Notes: generated from the letters alone by a model not told the origin. A DNA stretch of 64,000 bases from an uncultured Planctomycetota bacterium (GCA_963737655.1 CAVTTN010000002.1:4864001-4928000), one strand, 5' to 3'; shown: positions 18,670 through 29,012, counted from the stretch's first letter. Program-made: numbers and translations.

Positions 18670-19068
18670 ATGACTCGCGCCCTCCGCACGGCGGTCGCCG
18701 CGACCCTGGCCCTGGCCGCGCTCGTCGCGGCCGGGTGCTCGGAGCGGATCGCCGCCACCCCGCTGGACTCCACCCGGGCGATGGACTCCCTGAAGGCCGC
18801 GCTCGAGGCGTGGAAGAAGGGGGAGCCCGCCGACGCCCTGAAGAGCGGGTCCCCGCCGATCGTCGCCCAGGACCTCGACTGGCAGGGCGGGGCGACCCTC
18901 GTCGATTACGCGATCGACGGCCCGGGGGACAGGGTGGATTCCAACCTGAAGGTCCCGGTGAAGCTGACGCTCAAGGCCAGGTCCAGGTCCGGCAAGGACG
19001 TGACCAAGGCCGTGAAGTACCTCGTGACCACCAGCCCATCCATCACGGTCTTCCGGGCCTTCCCCTGA
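18670..19068 (+). CDS. Hypothetical lipoprotein (DUF1559 partner)
   Basis: Lipobox LVAAG-C; directly follows the DUF1559 gene. Confidence 0.75.
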   Translation: MTRALRTAVAATLALAALVAAGCSERIAATPLDSTRAMDSLKAALEAWKKGEPADALKSGSPPIVAQDLDWQGGATLVDYAIDGPGDRVDSNLKVPVKLTLKARSRSGKDVTKAVKYLVTTSPSITVFRAFP

Positions 19069-19110
19069 AGGCCGGGGCCCGTCGATCTCCACGAAAAGGA
19101 AGGTTCGTTC

Positions 19111-20499
19111 ATGAATCCGTCCCGATCCCTCGCCGCCCTGGCCGTGGCCTGCGGGCTGGCCTCTCCGTCGGTCGCCTCGGCCGAGGGCACCCTGCTCGCG
19201 CCGCTCTCGAATGAGGACGCCTGGAAGGCGCTCCCCCCGGCGGAGGCCGGCGCCGGCCTCCCTTTGCCGTCCTGGGCCCGGATGCTCGCCCGGTCCCTGC
19301 CCCGGACCACGGCGGCCCTGCTCCAACTGGACCTGGCGCAGCGATCGAAGAACCCGCTCGACCCGAAGCTCCGCGCGGCGATGCGCCACGTCGCCGCCCG
19401 CGCCAACGGCTCCTCCTATGGCGAGGCCTGCGCCGAGGCCGACGCCCGCCGCGCCGGCCTCGCGGCTTCGGCGATCGCGGCCCTCGCCCGGGGCGACCTC
19501 TCGGGCTTCTCGGCCGAGGACCGGGCCGCCCTGGAGTTCGCCCGCAAGATGACCGTCGAGTCGTCGAAGGTCACCGACGCCGAGTTCGCGGCCCTGGTCC
19601 GGGGGTTCGGCGAGAAGAAGGCCGCCGCGATGGTCTTGACGATGGCCTACGCGAACTTCCAGGACCGCCTCCTGATCGTCCTGGGCGCCCCCGTCGAGGA
19701 GGGCGGGCCGCCGCCCCCGGTCGAGGTGGCATTCCGGCCCGAGGTGCTCGCGTCGCGGAAGGCGCCCGCCTCCCCGCCGACGATCTCCGACCTGCCCCGG
19801 CCCTCGGGCAAGGACGTCGTCGAGGACGACGACGGCTGGGAGGCCGTCTCCTACGCCCGGCTCCAGGAGAAGCTGGAGGAGCAGAGGAGCAAGCCGACCC
19901 GGCTCCGCGTCCCCGCGATCGACGAGGTCAAGTCCGGCCTGCCCCCGGGCGCCTCGATGCAGGGCGAGCGGGTCGTCTGGAGCCTCGTCGCCTTCGGCTA
20001 TTGCCCGGAGCTGGCCGTCCCGTGGGAGGCCGTGATGTGGATCAACGGCGAGGAGAACGGCCGGCGATTCGACCGCGCGTTCGGCCTCGGCCTGTTCTGG
20101 ATCGTCACCCGGACGATCGACTGCCCGTACTGCATGGGGCACGTCGAGATGAACTGGGAGGTCATCGGCATGAAGCCCGAGCAGATCGCCGAGAGGAGCC
20201 GGGCCCTGGCCGGCAAGGATTGGTCGAGCTTCCCGCCGGAGGAGCAGAGGGCGTTCGCCCTGGCCCGCAAGCTCACGGCGACCCCGGCGAAGGTCACCCG
20301 CGACGAGATCGACGGCGCGATCAAGGACTTCGGCCGCGACCCGGCGGTCAGCCTCCTGACCTACGTCTGCCGGTGCAACTACATGGTGCGCGTCTCCAAC
20401 GGCTTCCAGCTCTCGCTGGAGCGGGACAACGTCTTCTTCGACTACTACAAGGTGAAGCCGCCGACTCCGGCCGGGCCGGGCGGCGAATCGCGGCGATGA
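19111..20499 (+). CDS. Exported AhpD / carboxymuconolactone-decarboxylase-like protein (two lobes; CxxC = CPYC)
   Basis: Signal peptide; [47 protein letters not shown]. Confidence 0.8.
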   Translation: MNPSRSLAALAVACGLASPSVASAEGTLLAPLSNEDAWKALPPAEAGAGLPLPSWARMLARSLPRTTAALLQLDLAQRSKNPLDPKLRAAMRHVAARANGSSYGEACAEADARRAGLAASAIAALARGDLSGFSAEDRAALEFARKMTVESSKVTDAEFAALVRGFGEKKAAAMVLTMAYANFQDRLLIVLGAPVEEGGPPPPVEVAFRPEVLASRKAPASPPTISDLPRPSGKDVVEDDDGWEAVSYARLQEKLEEQRSKPTRLRVPAIDEVKSGLPPGASMQGERVVWSLVAFGYCPELAVPWEAVMWINGEENGRRFDRAFGLGLFWIVTRTIDCPYCMGHVEMNWEVIGMKPEQIAERSRALAGKDWSSFPPEEQRAFALARKLTATPAKVTRDEIDGAIKDFGRDPAVSLLTYVCRCNYMVRVSNGFQLSLERDNVFFDYYKVKPPTPAGPGGESRR

Positions 20500-20567
20500 G
20501 ATCCGACGCCGGGGCGGGCCGTCGAATCGCCGGGGCCCGCCCCGGCCCTGACCAACCGGAGCGATCC

Positions 20568-21785
20568 ATGAAGGCGTTCTCGCGACGACTGGGCTGGGCG
20601 ATCGCGCTGGCGGCGCTCTCGGGGGCGGCGCCGGCCTTCGCCGGCGAAGGACCGACCGCGGACTCGCTCTCCGTGGGCACGGCCAGGGCGCTCGACGCCC
20701 TCTGGCCCGGCCACCCCGAGGCGATCGACATGCTGGCCGACATCCTCATCAAGGGCGAGGAGATGGGGGGGGCCGACGGCTGGTTCCGCAAGGCCCCCTC
20801 GCGGACCCGATTCGACTGGGGCGCGACCCGCGCGGCGCTGGATCGGGACGGCGACGGCTCGGTCACCCGGGCCGAGTTCGGGGGCCCCGACGCCGACTTC
20901 GCCCGGCTCGACCGCGACCGGGACGGCCGGCTCTCGGCGGCCGACTTCGACTTCTCGGCGCGCCCCTCCGGGCCGCCGGCCGGCTCGATCCTCCTGGTCC
21001 GGGCCGACCGCGACGGCGACGGCCGTCTGACCCGCGACGAGCTCGACCGGTTCTTCCGGGACAACGACCGCGAGGGCCTGGGCTTCCTCTCGCTGGCCGA
21101 CCTCCAGGAGGCCCTCTCGACCGCCCCGGGGCCGGGCGCCTCCTCGTCGATCCCGACGCGGTCGGTCCTGCTCAAGAGCTTCTTCCGGGGCGAGCTCGGC
21201 GCCTGGCCGCCCGGCCCCCCGCTGGACGCCCCGGCCCCCGACTTCACCCTCAAGGCGGCCGAGGGGGGCGAGGCCGTCTCGCTGTCGAAGCTCGTGGGCC
21301 CGAAGCCGATCGTCCTGGTCTTCGGCAACTTCACGTGCGGGCCGTTCCGGGGGCAGGCCGGCAACCTCCAGAAGCTCCACGCCCGCTACAAGGACCGGGC
21401 GGAGTTCCTGATGGTCTACGTCCGCGAGCCCCACCCCACCGACGGCTGGAGGATGGAGAATAACGACCGCGTGGGGGTGGCGGTCCGCCAGCCCCGCGAC
21501 GCGTCCGAGCGGCTCGAGGTCGCCCGGTCGTGCGGCCGGACCCTCAAGCTCGGCTTCCCGATGCTCGTGGACACGATGGACGACGCGGTCAACAATGCCT
21601 ACAGCGGCATCCCCAGCCGGCTCTACCTGATCGACCGGGGCGGCAAGATCGCCTTCAAAAATGGCCGGGGGCCGTTCGGATTCCGGCTCGCCGAGCTGGA
21701 GCAATCGCTCCTGCTGCTCCTCCGCCAGGAGGCGACCGCCGCCGGACCTCCGGCCGACGGCGATCGACCGCCCGGCGGGCGATGA
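20568..21785 (+). CDS. Exported EF-hand + iodothyronine-deiodinase-like thioredoxin-fold protein
   Basis: Signal peptide; [83 protein letters not shown]. Confidence 0.85.
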   Translation: MKAFSRRLGWAIALAALSGAAPAFAGEGPTADSLSVGTARALDALWPGHPEAIDMLADILIKGEEMGGADGWFRKAPSRTRFDWGATRAALDRDGDGSVTRAEFGGPDADFARLDRDRDGRLSAADFDFSARPSGPPAGSILLVRADRDGDGRLTRDELDRFFRDNDREGLGFLSLADLQEALSTAPGPGASSSIPTRSVLLKSFFRGELGAWPPGPPLDAPAPDFTLKAAEGGEAVSLSKLVGPKPIVLVFGNFTCGPFRGQAGNLQKLHARYKDRAEFLMVYVREPHPTDGWRMENNDRVGVAVRQPRDASERLEVARSCGRTLKLGFPMLVDTMDDAVNNAYSGIPSRLYLIDRGGKIAFKNGRGPFGFRLAELEQSLLLLLRQEATAAGPPADGDRPPGGR

Positions 21786-21836
21786 GGATCGGATCGCCGT
21801 CCCCTTCCCGACCCCAACCCCTCGCGGACCCCCCTC

Positions 21837-24378
21837 ATGATGCATCCCCGATGGTCCCTCGCCGGCCTCCGCCTCGGGCTCGCCCTCCTGCTGGTCGCGC
21901 CCTGGACCTGGGCCGGGCCAGGATCTGAGGACCTCGCCGATCCGGAAGGCCGAGACGCCCGCCCAGGCGGCCCGCAGGGCGCTGGACGAGTCCTGGCCCG
22001 ACCACCCCGAATGGCTCGACCAGTACACCGACATCCTCAACGACGCCGGCAGCGGCCCCAACGACGGCTGGTTCCGCCGGGCCCGGTCGCAGACCCGGTT
22101 CGGCTGGGGCGCCGTCGCCGGCCGGCTCGACGGCGACCACGATGGCGCGATCTCCCGCAAGGAATTCCCGGGCACCGACCGCGACTTCGCCCGGCTCGAT
22201 CGCGACCGCGACGGGGCCTTGACCCGCGCCGACTTCGACTTCCCGGCCAACAGCGCCCTGAACGCATCGCCGGGGTCGCTCCTGATGTACGTCCTGGACG
22301 ACGACGGCAACGGCAAGGTCACCCGCGAGGAGATGGAGGCGTTCTTCAAGAAGGCCGACGGCGGCGACCTCGGCTTCCTCTCGCTGAACGACCTCCAGGA
22401 GAACTTCACCACCCGCCCGAAGACATCGGGCCTGCCCGACCCGGGCCCCCCGTCGAAGGAGACCCTCATCCGGGGGCTGTTCCGCCGGGAGATCGGCTCC
22501 CTCGAACCCGGCCCGTCGCTCGACCAGAAGGCGCCGGACTTCACCCTCAAGACCGTCGACGGCAAGGGGGAAATCACCCTGTCGAAGCTGGTGGGGCCGA
22601 AGCCGGTGGTCCTGGTCTTCGGCAACTTCACGTGCGGGCCGTTCCGCAGCCAGGCCGGGAACGTGGAGAAGCTCTACCAGCTCTACAAGGACCGGGCGGA
22701 GTTCGTGATGGTCTACGTCCGCGAGGCCCACCCCACCGACGGCTGGAGGATGGACAGCAACGACGCGGTGGGGATCACCACCGCCCAGCCGAGGACGTAC
22801 GAGGAGCGGGTGGCGCTGGCCCGGACCTGCGGCAAGAGGCTCTCGCTCGGGTTCCCGATGCTCGTCGATGGGATCGACGACCCGGTGGGCAACGCCTACA
22901 GCGGGATGCCCAGCCGGCTCTACCTGATCGACCGCGACGGCAAGGTGGCCTACAAGAGCGGCCGGGGCCCCTACGGCTTCCTGCCGGCCGAGCTGGAGCA
23001 TTCGCTGGCCCTCCTGCTCCAGCCGTCGGCCGAGCCCTCGGGCCATGCCGAGGCTCCCGGGCCGACCCCCCCCGTCCAGCTCGCCCGTCCGGTCGAAGGG
23101 CCCGGCCCGGTGAAGCTCCTGAGCAGCGAGGAGGCCTGGAGGCGCCTGCCCCGGGTCGTCGAGGGCGGCCATCCTCCGCTGCCCAACTGGGCCCGGGCCA
23201 CGGCCCACGCCCTGCCCCAGACCACCGCGGCGATGCTGGAGCTGGACCGGCTCCATCGGACCGAGAGCCCGCTCGGCCCGGCCCTCCGCGGCAAGATGCG
23301 CTGGGTCGCGGCCGACACCAACCGCTGCGCCTACGGCCGGGCCACGGCCGAGGCCGACCTCCTCCGCGCCGGGATCGACCGGGCCGAGATCGACGCCCTG
23401 AAGGCGGGCCCCCGGCTCTGGCCGGAGGCCGAGCGAACGGCCCTGGAGTTCGCCTCGAGGATGAGCCGCGACGCCTCCGAGGTCACCGATGGCCAGGTCG
23501 CCGCCCTGATCCGCGCCCACGGCGAGGAGAAGGTCGTGGCGATGGTCCTCCTCCTGGCCGCCGCCAACTTCCAGGACCGCCTGGTCATGGGCCTGGGGAC
23601 CCCTCTGGAAACGGACGGGCCGATGGCGCCGGTCGCGGTCCGATTCGCCAAGGACGGCCCCCCGCCGCTCGTCCCGAACCGAGGCAAGCCCGAAGACTGG
23701 CGGGGCCCGCCCGTCCCCGACCGCGTGGACGATCCCGAATGGGCCGTCCTGGACTTCGACGACCTCCGCAAGGGCCTGGACTCGCAGAAGAACAACGCCG
23801 GGCGGATCCGCGTGCCCTCGCCCGAGGAGGCCGTCGCCCACCTCCCGGCCGACTATCCGAAGCCGAAGTCGCCGATCCGGATCAAGTGGAGCCTGGTCGT
23901 CTTCGGCTACCAGCCGAGGCTGGCGGCGGCGTGGTCGTCCGTCATGAGGGCCTTCGACTCCGATGCCCACCTCGACGACGTCTTCGGCGAGAGCCTCTTC
24001 TGGGTCGTCACGAAGTCCATCCACTGCTTCTACTGAATGGGCCACTCCGAGATGGTGCTCGCGGTCGCGGGCCTGGACGCGGAAGCCCTGGACAAACGGA
24101 CCCGGACCCTCGCCTCGGGCGACTGGTCCACCCTGCCGCCTCGCGATCGCGCCGCCTTCTTCTTCGCGAAGACGCTGGCGCAGGCGCCCTGGGAGATCCG
24201 CGACGCCGATCGGCAACTCCTGATCGAACACTTCGGCCCGGAGAGGGCCGTCGACGTGATCTGGCAGTCGAGCTGGTGCAACTACATGACCCGGGTCGCC
24301 GACGCGTTCCAGCTCCCCCTGGAGCGAGAGAACGTGTTCGCCCCCCCACCGGCGCCCAACCCAGGGGCCAAGCCCTGA
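21837..24378 (+). CDS. Exported EF-hand + deiodinase-like + AhpD-like fusion, probable selenoprotein (Sec at TGA 24034-24036; frameshift near 21910)
   Basis: Signal peptide from 21837; homology to both upstream genes; in-frame TGA aligns to the second Cys of the paralog CxxC and homology continues in frame to 24378. Confidence 0.75.
24054..24074 (+). promoter_or_regulatory. Candidate bacterial SECIS hairpin
   Basis: GG-[bulged T]-GCTCGC-loop GGTC-GCGGGC-CT; the loop starts 27 nt after the TGA. Confidence 0.6.
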
Positions 24379-24555
24379 CTCGCCCCGGCGGTCCCGGAAA
24401 CGGGGTCAGGAACAGGAATCACGATTCCGAGACGTTCCCGACCCCTTCCCTCGCCGCCCCGAATTCGTCTGTCCGTTCCGGTCCGTTTCGTCTAGGATTC
24501 GCGGCGCGTCCGGCGGCCGATTTTCGGAGACCTGGTCTCGGAGAGCCTTCCTCCG

Positions 24556-25704
24556 ATGAGGCGATCCGTTGCGGGGAAGCTCCCCTGGGGTTTGCTGGGC
24601 TCCGCCGTCCTGATCGTCCTGATCGAGCGAGGGTTCGAGCGACATCGGCTCTTGCTGTCCGACGCCGGCTCGGTGAACTGGCGATCCTCGGCGTATGCGA
24701 CGGGCCATCAGGCGGTCCGCGCCGAGGTCCTCGCGTTCGGCGACAGCTTGACGAAATTCGGGGTCCAGCCTCGGGTGATCGAGGCGGAGACCGGCCTGTC
24801 GGCCTACAACCTCGCCGGGGTCGGGGCGCCTCCGGCGTTCTCGTATTTCCTGCTCGGCCGGGCGATCCGGGCCGGCGCCCGGCCGAAGCTGATAGTCCTG
24901 AACGTCGCGCCCCATCACACCTATTCCTCGCCCTCCTCGCACATCCGGCCGTTCAGCGAGTTCCTCGCGATCTCCGAGGCCCTGGATTACTCGTGGAACG
25001 CCCGCGATCCCTCGCTGTTCCTCGGCCTGATGGTCCCTCGATTCCTCCCGTCCGCGCGGTCCCGCCTGGAGATCCGCAACACCCTCAGGGAGGCGCTCGC
25101 GGGCGACGGACCGCCTCGCCTGCCGGTCCCCGAGGCGATGCTCCGCAACTGGAACGCCAACCTCGGCGCGTTCGCGATGCCGCCGACGCCCCATTCGCCC
25201 GGGGATGCCCGCGCCGCCATGCTCGGGCTCCTGCCCAGCCCCCTCGTCGCCTGGACGGGCGACCGGACCTTCCAGGGCGACTACCTCGATCGGTTCCTCG
25301 ACCTGGCCGAGTCCCACGGCATCCCGGTCTTCCTGGTCGTCCCGCCGATGCACCCCGACTACGAGGCAAGAGAGATCGCGCTGGGCAACCCGCCGGTCCT
25401 GGACGCGTTCCTCCGGATGACCCGGGATCGCCACCCCCGGATCACGATCCTCGACGGCCGTCGCAAGGGTTACGACGCCTCGCTCTTCTGCGAGGACATC
25501 GTCCACCTGAACGTGCGAGGCGCCTCGGCCTTCACCCGCGACGTCTCCGGCGCCATCTCGCGTTGGAGAGCCGGCGGCGTGAAGCCCGGCACCACCGTCG
25601 CCTTGCCTGCGTATCGGGACGGCCGCCCGCAACCCGGGATCGAGAGTTTCCCCGAATCGCTCGCGGCGATTTCCGGCAGGGTTAGGAAAACGCCTCGTCG
25701 ATGA
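24556..25704 (+). CDS. Membrane-anchored SGNH/GDSL-like protein (DUF1574-like)
   Basis: N-terminal TM; VLAFGDS, AYNLAG, DIVHLN (DxxH). Confidence 0.65.
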   Translation: MRRSVAGKLPWGLLGSAVLIVLIERGFERHRLLLSDAGSVNWRSSAYATGHQAVRAEVLAFGDSLTKFGVQPRVIEAETGLSAYNLAGVGAPPAFSYFLLGRAIRAGARPKLIVLNVAPHHTYSSPSSHIRPFSEFLAISEALDYSWNARDPSLFLGLMVPRFLPSARSRLEIRNTLREALAGDGPPRLPVPEAMLRNWNANLGAFAMPPTPHSPGDARAAMLGLLPSPLVAWTGDRTFQGDYLDRFLDLAESHGIPVFLVVPPMHPDYEAREIALGNPPVLDAFLRMTRDRHPRITILDGRRKGYDASLFCEDIVHLNVRGASAFTRDVSGAISRWRAGGVKPGTTVALPAYRDGRPQPGIESFPESLAAISGRVRKTPRR

Positions 25705-25921
25705 GCGGAGACGCCAGCATCGCTTCCTCGCTCACGCCCCGAGGGGAAATCGCCGGATCGCCCGGGGAGGGCCATCCCACCGGGCGATCCGGCCTCGTCG
25801 CGGAGGGCCGCTGGAGGCCAGGACCCAGGCTCGGCAACGAGGCCACCCGCGACGACCTCGCCAGACCCTTGTCGATGATCACGACGTCCCCTGGTCGGGA
25901 CGCCGGCATGCAACGGCCTCG

Positions 25922-26644
25922 TCAGGCCCCGAGGGGGGACTCGCGTCGCCGCCGGGCGAGCTTGACGAGTCCGAACACGCCGGTGCCCAGCAGGACCAGG
26001 CCGGAGGGCTCGGGCACCGCGTTGGCCGACGAGGAGACCGAGCCGAACGCCGTCCCCACCCCGAAATGGACCAGGGTCAAGTGGGAACCCGCCTGGATGG
26101 GGGTCGAGATCGGCGCGTTCATATCGGCGCGGTCCGCGGCGTATTGCCGGATGAACTCGAATTCCTGGCCGATGGCCGTGTTATCGTCCGCGCCGTTGAG
26201 GAGGACGGCTAGCGCTTCGCTCTCGGTGACCTGATGGCCCTGATACATCAGGTCGGAGAAGACCTGTTCGAAGGTCATTCCCACCTGGTCGGCCCCGCCG
26301 TTGACGAAGCCCGCGACGACCGATTGGGTCATCCCGCCCTGGCCGTCCGGGGCCGAATAAACGCCCATGAGGTTGAACGTGGTGTAGATGGTCGGGTCGT
26401 TGTTGAACGGGTCGGTGATCCCCAAATCGAAGCTGGACGGCGTCGACAACGAGAAATCGAAGCCACCGGTCGTCGTGTAGCCATCGGGATTCTTCCAGGT
26501 GATCGGGTCGATATGCAGGGACGCGCCGGGGTCCGCCGCATCGATGGTGAAGCCGAAGTCGAGGTAGGCGTCGGCCCGGGTCGCCGACGCCGCGGAGAGG
26601 GCCATCCCGAGCGTGAGGATGCCGATTCGCAACGCCTTGCTCAT
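25922..26644 (-). CDS. PEP-CTERM sorting-domain protein
   Basis: Signal peptide; C-terminal VPEPSGLVLLGTGVFGLVKLARRRR. Confidence 0.88.
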   Translation of the reverse strand: MSKALRIGILTLGMALSAASATRADAYLDFGFTIDAADPGASLHIDPITWKNPDGYTTTGGFDFSLSTPSSFDLGITDPFNNDPTIYTTFNLMGVYSAPDGQGGMTQSVVAGFVNGGADQVGMTFEQVFSDLMYQGHQVTESEALAVLLNGADDNTAIGQEFEFIRQYAADRADMNAPISTPIQAGSHLTLVHFGVGTAFGSVSSSANAVPEPSGLVLLGTGVFGLVKLARRRRESPLGA

Positions 26645-26831
26645 CAAGGGAGCTCCGGTGAGGGGCCGCCACGTCTCGGAACGGCCGCCGAAGCGGGGCC
26701 GCCGATCGTGAGGGCGGAGAGGAATTGAAGCACTTGATCGCAGCGCTCGCATCCCCCAGAATTGGGGGGTCGCCCGCTCCTCGCGACGGCCGCGGCCGGG
26801 CCTGGGCGCCGCCGTCCGAACCGGAAGCTCG

Positions 26832-27632
26832 ATGATGGGCCGTTCCCAACTGTTGCGCCTCCGCGACATCCGCTCGGCATTCCGGCTGGTGGGCGAGGCT
26901 CGCGACATGGGGGCGGACCCCTCGGCGTGGCGGTCCCACGTGATCGGGGAAATGGCCCGCCTGGTCGGCGGGTCCGTGGCGATGACCCTGGACCTCCACG
27001 AGTTCCTCCCCGGCCGTGTCCCCCGATGGGTCGCGCCGGCGGACCTCGGCTGGGAGAGCGACCTCGAACGGCGCCGCTTCCTGGATTACCTGGGATCCGA
27101 CCTCCCGAAGGAAGATCCCTCGGCCGTCGCCTGGCTCGCCCTCCTGACGCGGAGGAGCATCGCCACGGCCACCCGTCGCGAGATGATCGCCGATCGCGAC
27201 TGGTATGGCTCGCCCATCGTCTCCGAAGGCCGGAGGTCGTCTCGGATCGACGACCCGCTCATCTCCTGCGCCCTGATCGGCGGGCCGGGCCGGGTCCACG
27301 GCTTCCAGGTCTACCGGCCCTGGGGGGCCCGCGGCTTCGAGCGTCGCGAGCGGAACCTCGTCCGCTTGATCCACCTCGAGCTGCTCCGCCACCTCGACCG
27401 GGGGCCGATGGACGACGGCCTGGCCCCCCACCTCCGACGGGTCCTGCGGCCCCTGCTCGGCGGCCTGACCACGAAGGAGATCGCGCGAACGTTGAGCCTG
27501 AGCGCCCACACCGTGGACGGCTACATCAAGGCCATCTACGCCCATTATCAAGTCGGGAGCCGGGCCCGCCTCATCGCCCTGGCCCCCGATCGTCCACCGC
27601 CGGGCCGGCTGAGCCTCCCCCAGGGTTTCTAG
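26832..27632 (+). CDS. LuxR-family HTH transcriptional regulator
   Basis: GLTTKEIARTLSLSAHTVDGYIKAIYAHYQVGSR at the C-terminus; GAF-like N-terminal region. Confidence 0.85.
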   Translation: MMGRSQLLRLRDIRSAFRLVGEARDMGADPSAWRSHVIGEMARLVGGSVAMTLDLHEFLPGRVPRWVAPADLGWESDLERRRFLDYLGSDLPKEDPSAVAWLALLTRRSIATATRREMIADRDWYGSPIVSEGRRSSRIDDPLISCALIGGPGRVHGFQVYRPWGARGFERRERNLVRLIHLELLRHLDRGPMDDGLAPHLRRVLRPLLGGLTTKEIARTLSLSAHTVDGYIKAIYAHYQVGSRARLIALAPDRPPPGRLSLPQGF

Positions 27633-27712
27633 GGCGAGGCGAGTCAAGTACCCACCGACGGAACCGCGACATCCCCCTTGACGATCAATAACCCGCCGGC
27701 TATGATTCGGCC

Positions 27713-28036
27713 ATGAACGCCGCGCCGGACGAGATCTTCAAGGCCCTGGGTGACCCGACGCGACGCGCCCTCTTCGAGCGCCTCGTCAGCGACGGGGAGC
27801 AGACGGTCCGCGCGCTGACCGACCATGCCGGGGTCTCCCAACCGGCGGTCTCCAAGCACCTGGGCGTCCTGAAGACCGTCGGGCTGGTCCGCGACCGCCC
27901 GGAGGGCCGTCAGGTCCACTACAGCGCGGACCCGCAGGGCCTGGCCCCCCTGGTCCACTGGATGAAGCTTTACGGAGCCTTCTGGACGGAACGCGTCGAT
28001 CGCCTCGAACAACTCCTGGAGAGGATGGACGAATGA
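27713..28036 (+). CDS. ArsR/SmtB family regulator
   Basis: FKALGDPTRR, VSQPAVSKHLGVLK..GLV. Confidence 0.9.
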   Translation: MNAAPDEIFKALGDPTRRALFERLVSDGEQTVRALTDHAGVSQPAVSKHLGVLKTVGLVRDRPEGRQVHYSADPQGLAPLVHWMKLYGAFWTERVDRLEQLLERMDE

Positions 28037-28479
28037 ATCCCATCGACAAGACCGACCCGTCGCAAACCGAGGCCCTGGCCTTCGAGTTCGACCTGCATCA
28101 TCCGCCGGAGAAGGTCTGGCGGGCGCTCACCGATCCCGCGCTGCTGACCGAGTGGCTCCTGCCCGTCGTCGGGCTCGAGCTCGAACCGGGGGCGGCGTTC
28201 ACGCTCAAGACCCAGCCGTATCCCGGTTGGGACGGCACGGTGAACTGCCGATTCCTCGAGATCGACGCGGAGAGGAAGCTCAGCTACTCCTGGGTCGTCG
28301 GCGACATGGGGCTGGATACCGTGGTGACGTTCACGCTCGCGCCCACGGCGTCGGGCACGCGGTTGTCCCTCGTGCAGTCGGGCTTCAAGCCGGAGCAGAA
28401 GCAGAACTTCGGCGGCGCCCGCTACGGCTGGAAGCTGATGGGCGGCAAGCTCATCGACCTGCTCGCGAAGACCCCGTGA
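28033..28479 (+). CDS. SRPBCC (AHSA1-like) domain protein
   Basis: PPEKVWRALTDP..L.EW, LSYSW, GTRLSL.QSGF, YGW; overlaps the ArsR stop (ATGA). Confidence 0.88.
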   Translation: MNPIDKTDPSQTEALAFEFDLHHPPEKVWRALTDPALLTEWLLPVVGLELEPGAAFTLKTQPYPGWDGTVNCRFLEIDAERKLSYSWVVGDMGLDTVVTFTLAPTASGTRLSLVQSGFKPEQKQNFGGARYGWKLMGGKLIDLLAKTP

Positions 28480-28558
28480 TCCGGTCGAGGCGCGGGGCCG
28501 CAGGCGGTCCCGCGCGAGTCCGCGAGCCGCTTCGGCCCACATTTCCAAGGAGGTTTCC

Positions 28559-28801
28559 TTGATCGGGAACGAATGGATGCGGCAGGCCCACCGCTGGGTG
28601 TCGTTGGCCTTCACGGCGGGCGTCATCGTCAACATCATCGCCCTGAGGCAGAAGGCGCCGGCCGCCTGGGTCGGCCTCCTGGCGCTGATCCCCCTCCTCG
28701 TGCTCCTCGTCACCGGCCTGTACCTGTTCGTGCAACCGTATACCGCCAGGAGGCGAAGCGGGCGACGTCCCCAGGCGTCACAGGCCATCGAACCCCGATG
28801 A
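28559..28801 (+). CDS. Small two-TM membrane protein
   Basis: AGGAGG RBS before TTG; WMRQAHRWVSLAFT...LLVTGLYLFVQPY. Confidence 0.7.
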   Translation: MIGNEWMRQAHRWVSLAFTAGVIVNIIALRQKAPAAWVGLLALIPLLVLLVTGLYLFVQPYTARRRSGRRPQASQAIEPR

Positions 28802-28922
28802 GACGAACGCGCAGGATGGAGCAGGAAGAGGGGTCAGCAGTGCTCCATAGAAAACCCCGGCATGACTCGGGATTCGAGTAGGCCCGACCGAATTCGGGTT
28901 CATTTTGAGCGCGTTATAACGG

Positions 28923-29008
28923 CGGTCTTCGTAGGGTCCGCTCTTGCGGACCTCTTCGAGTCAAAGGGAGATTGAAAAGGCCCGCAAGAGCGGACCCTAC
29001 GAAGACCG
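28923..29008. repeat. REPIN-like inverted repeat, GTAGGGTCCGCTCTTGCGG family
   Basis: CGGTCTTCGTAGGGTCCGCTCTTGCGG ... CCGCAAGAGCGGACCCTACGAAGACCG. Confidence 0.85.
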
Positions 29009-29012
29009 GGCC

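Noticed and set aside
24037..24378. Independent 113-aa gene starting at ATG 24037
   Set aside because: No RBS, in frame with the upstream ORF and homologous to the C-terminus of the 19111-20499 paralog; better explained by readthrough.
21837..25685. 1282-aa ORF in the track
   Set aside because: Only the first ~25 codons (signal peptide) look real; the rest is an Arg/Pro/Gly-rich off-frame shadow.
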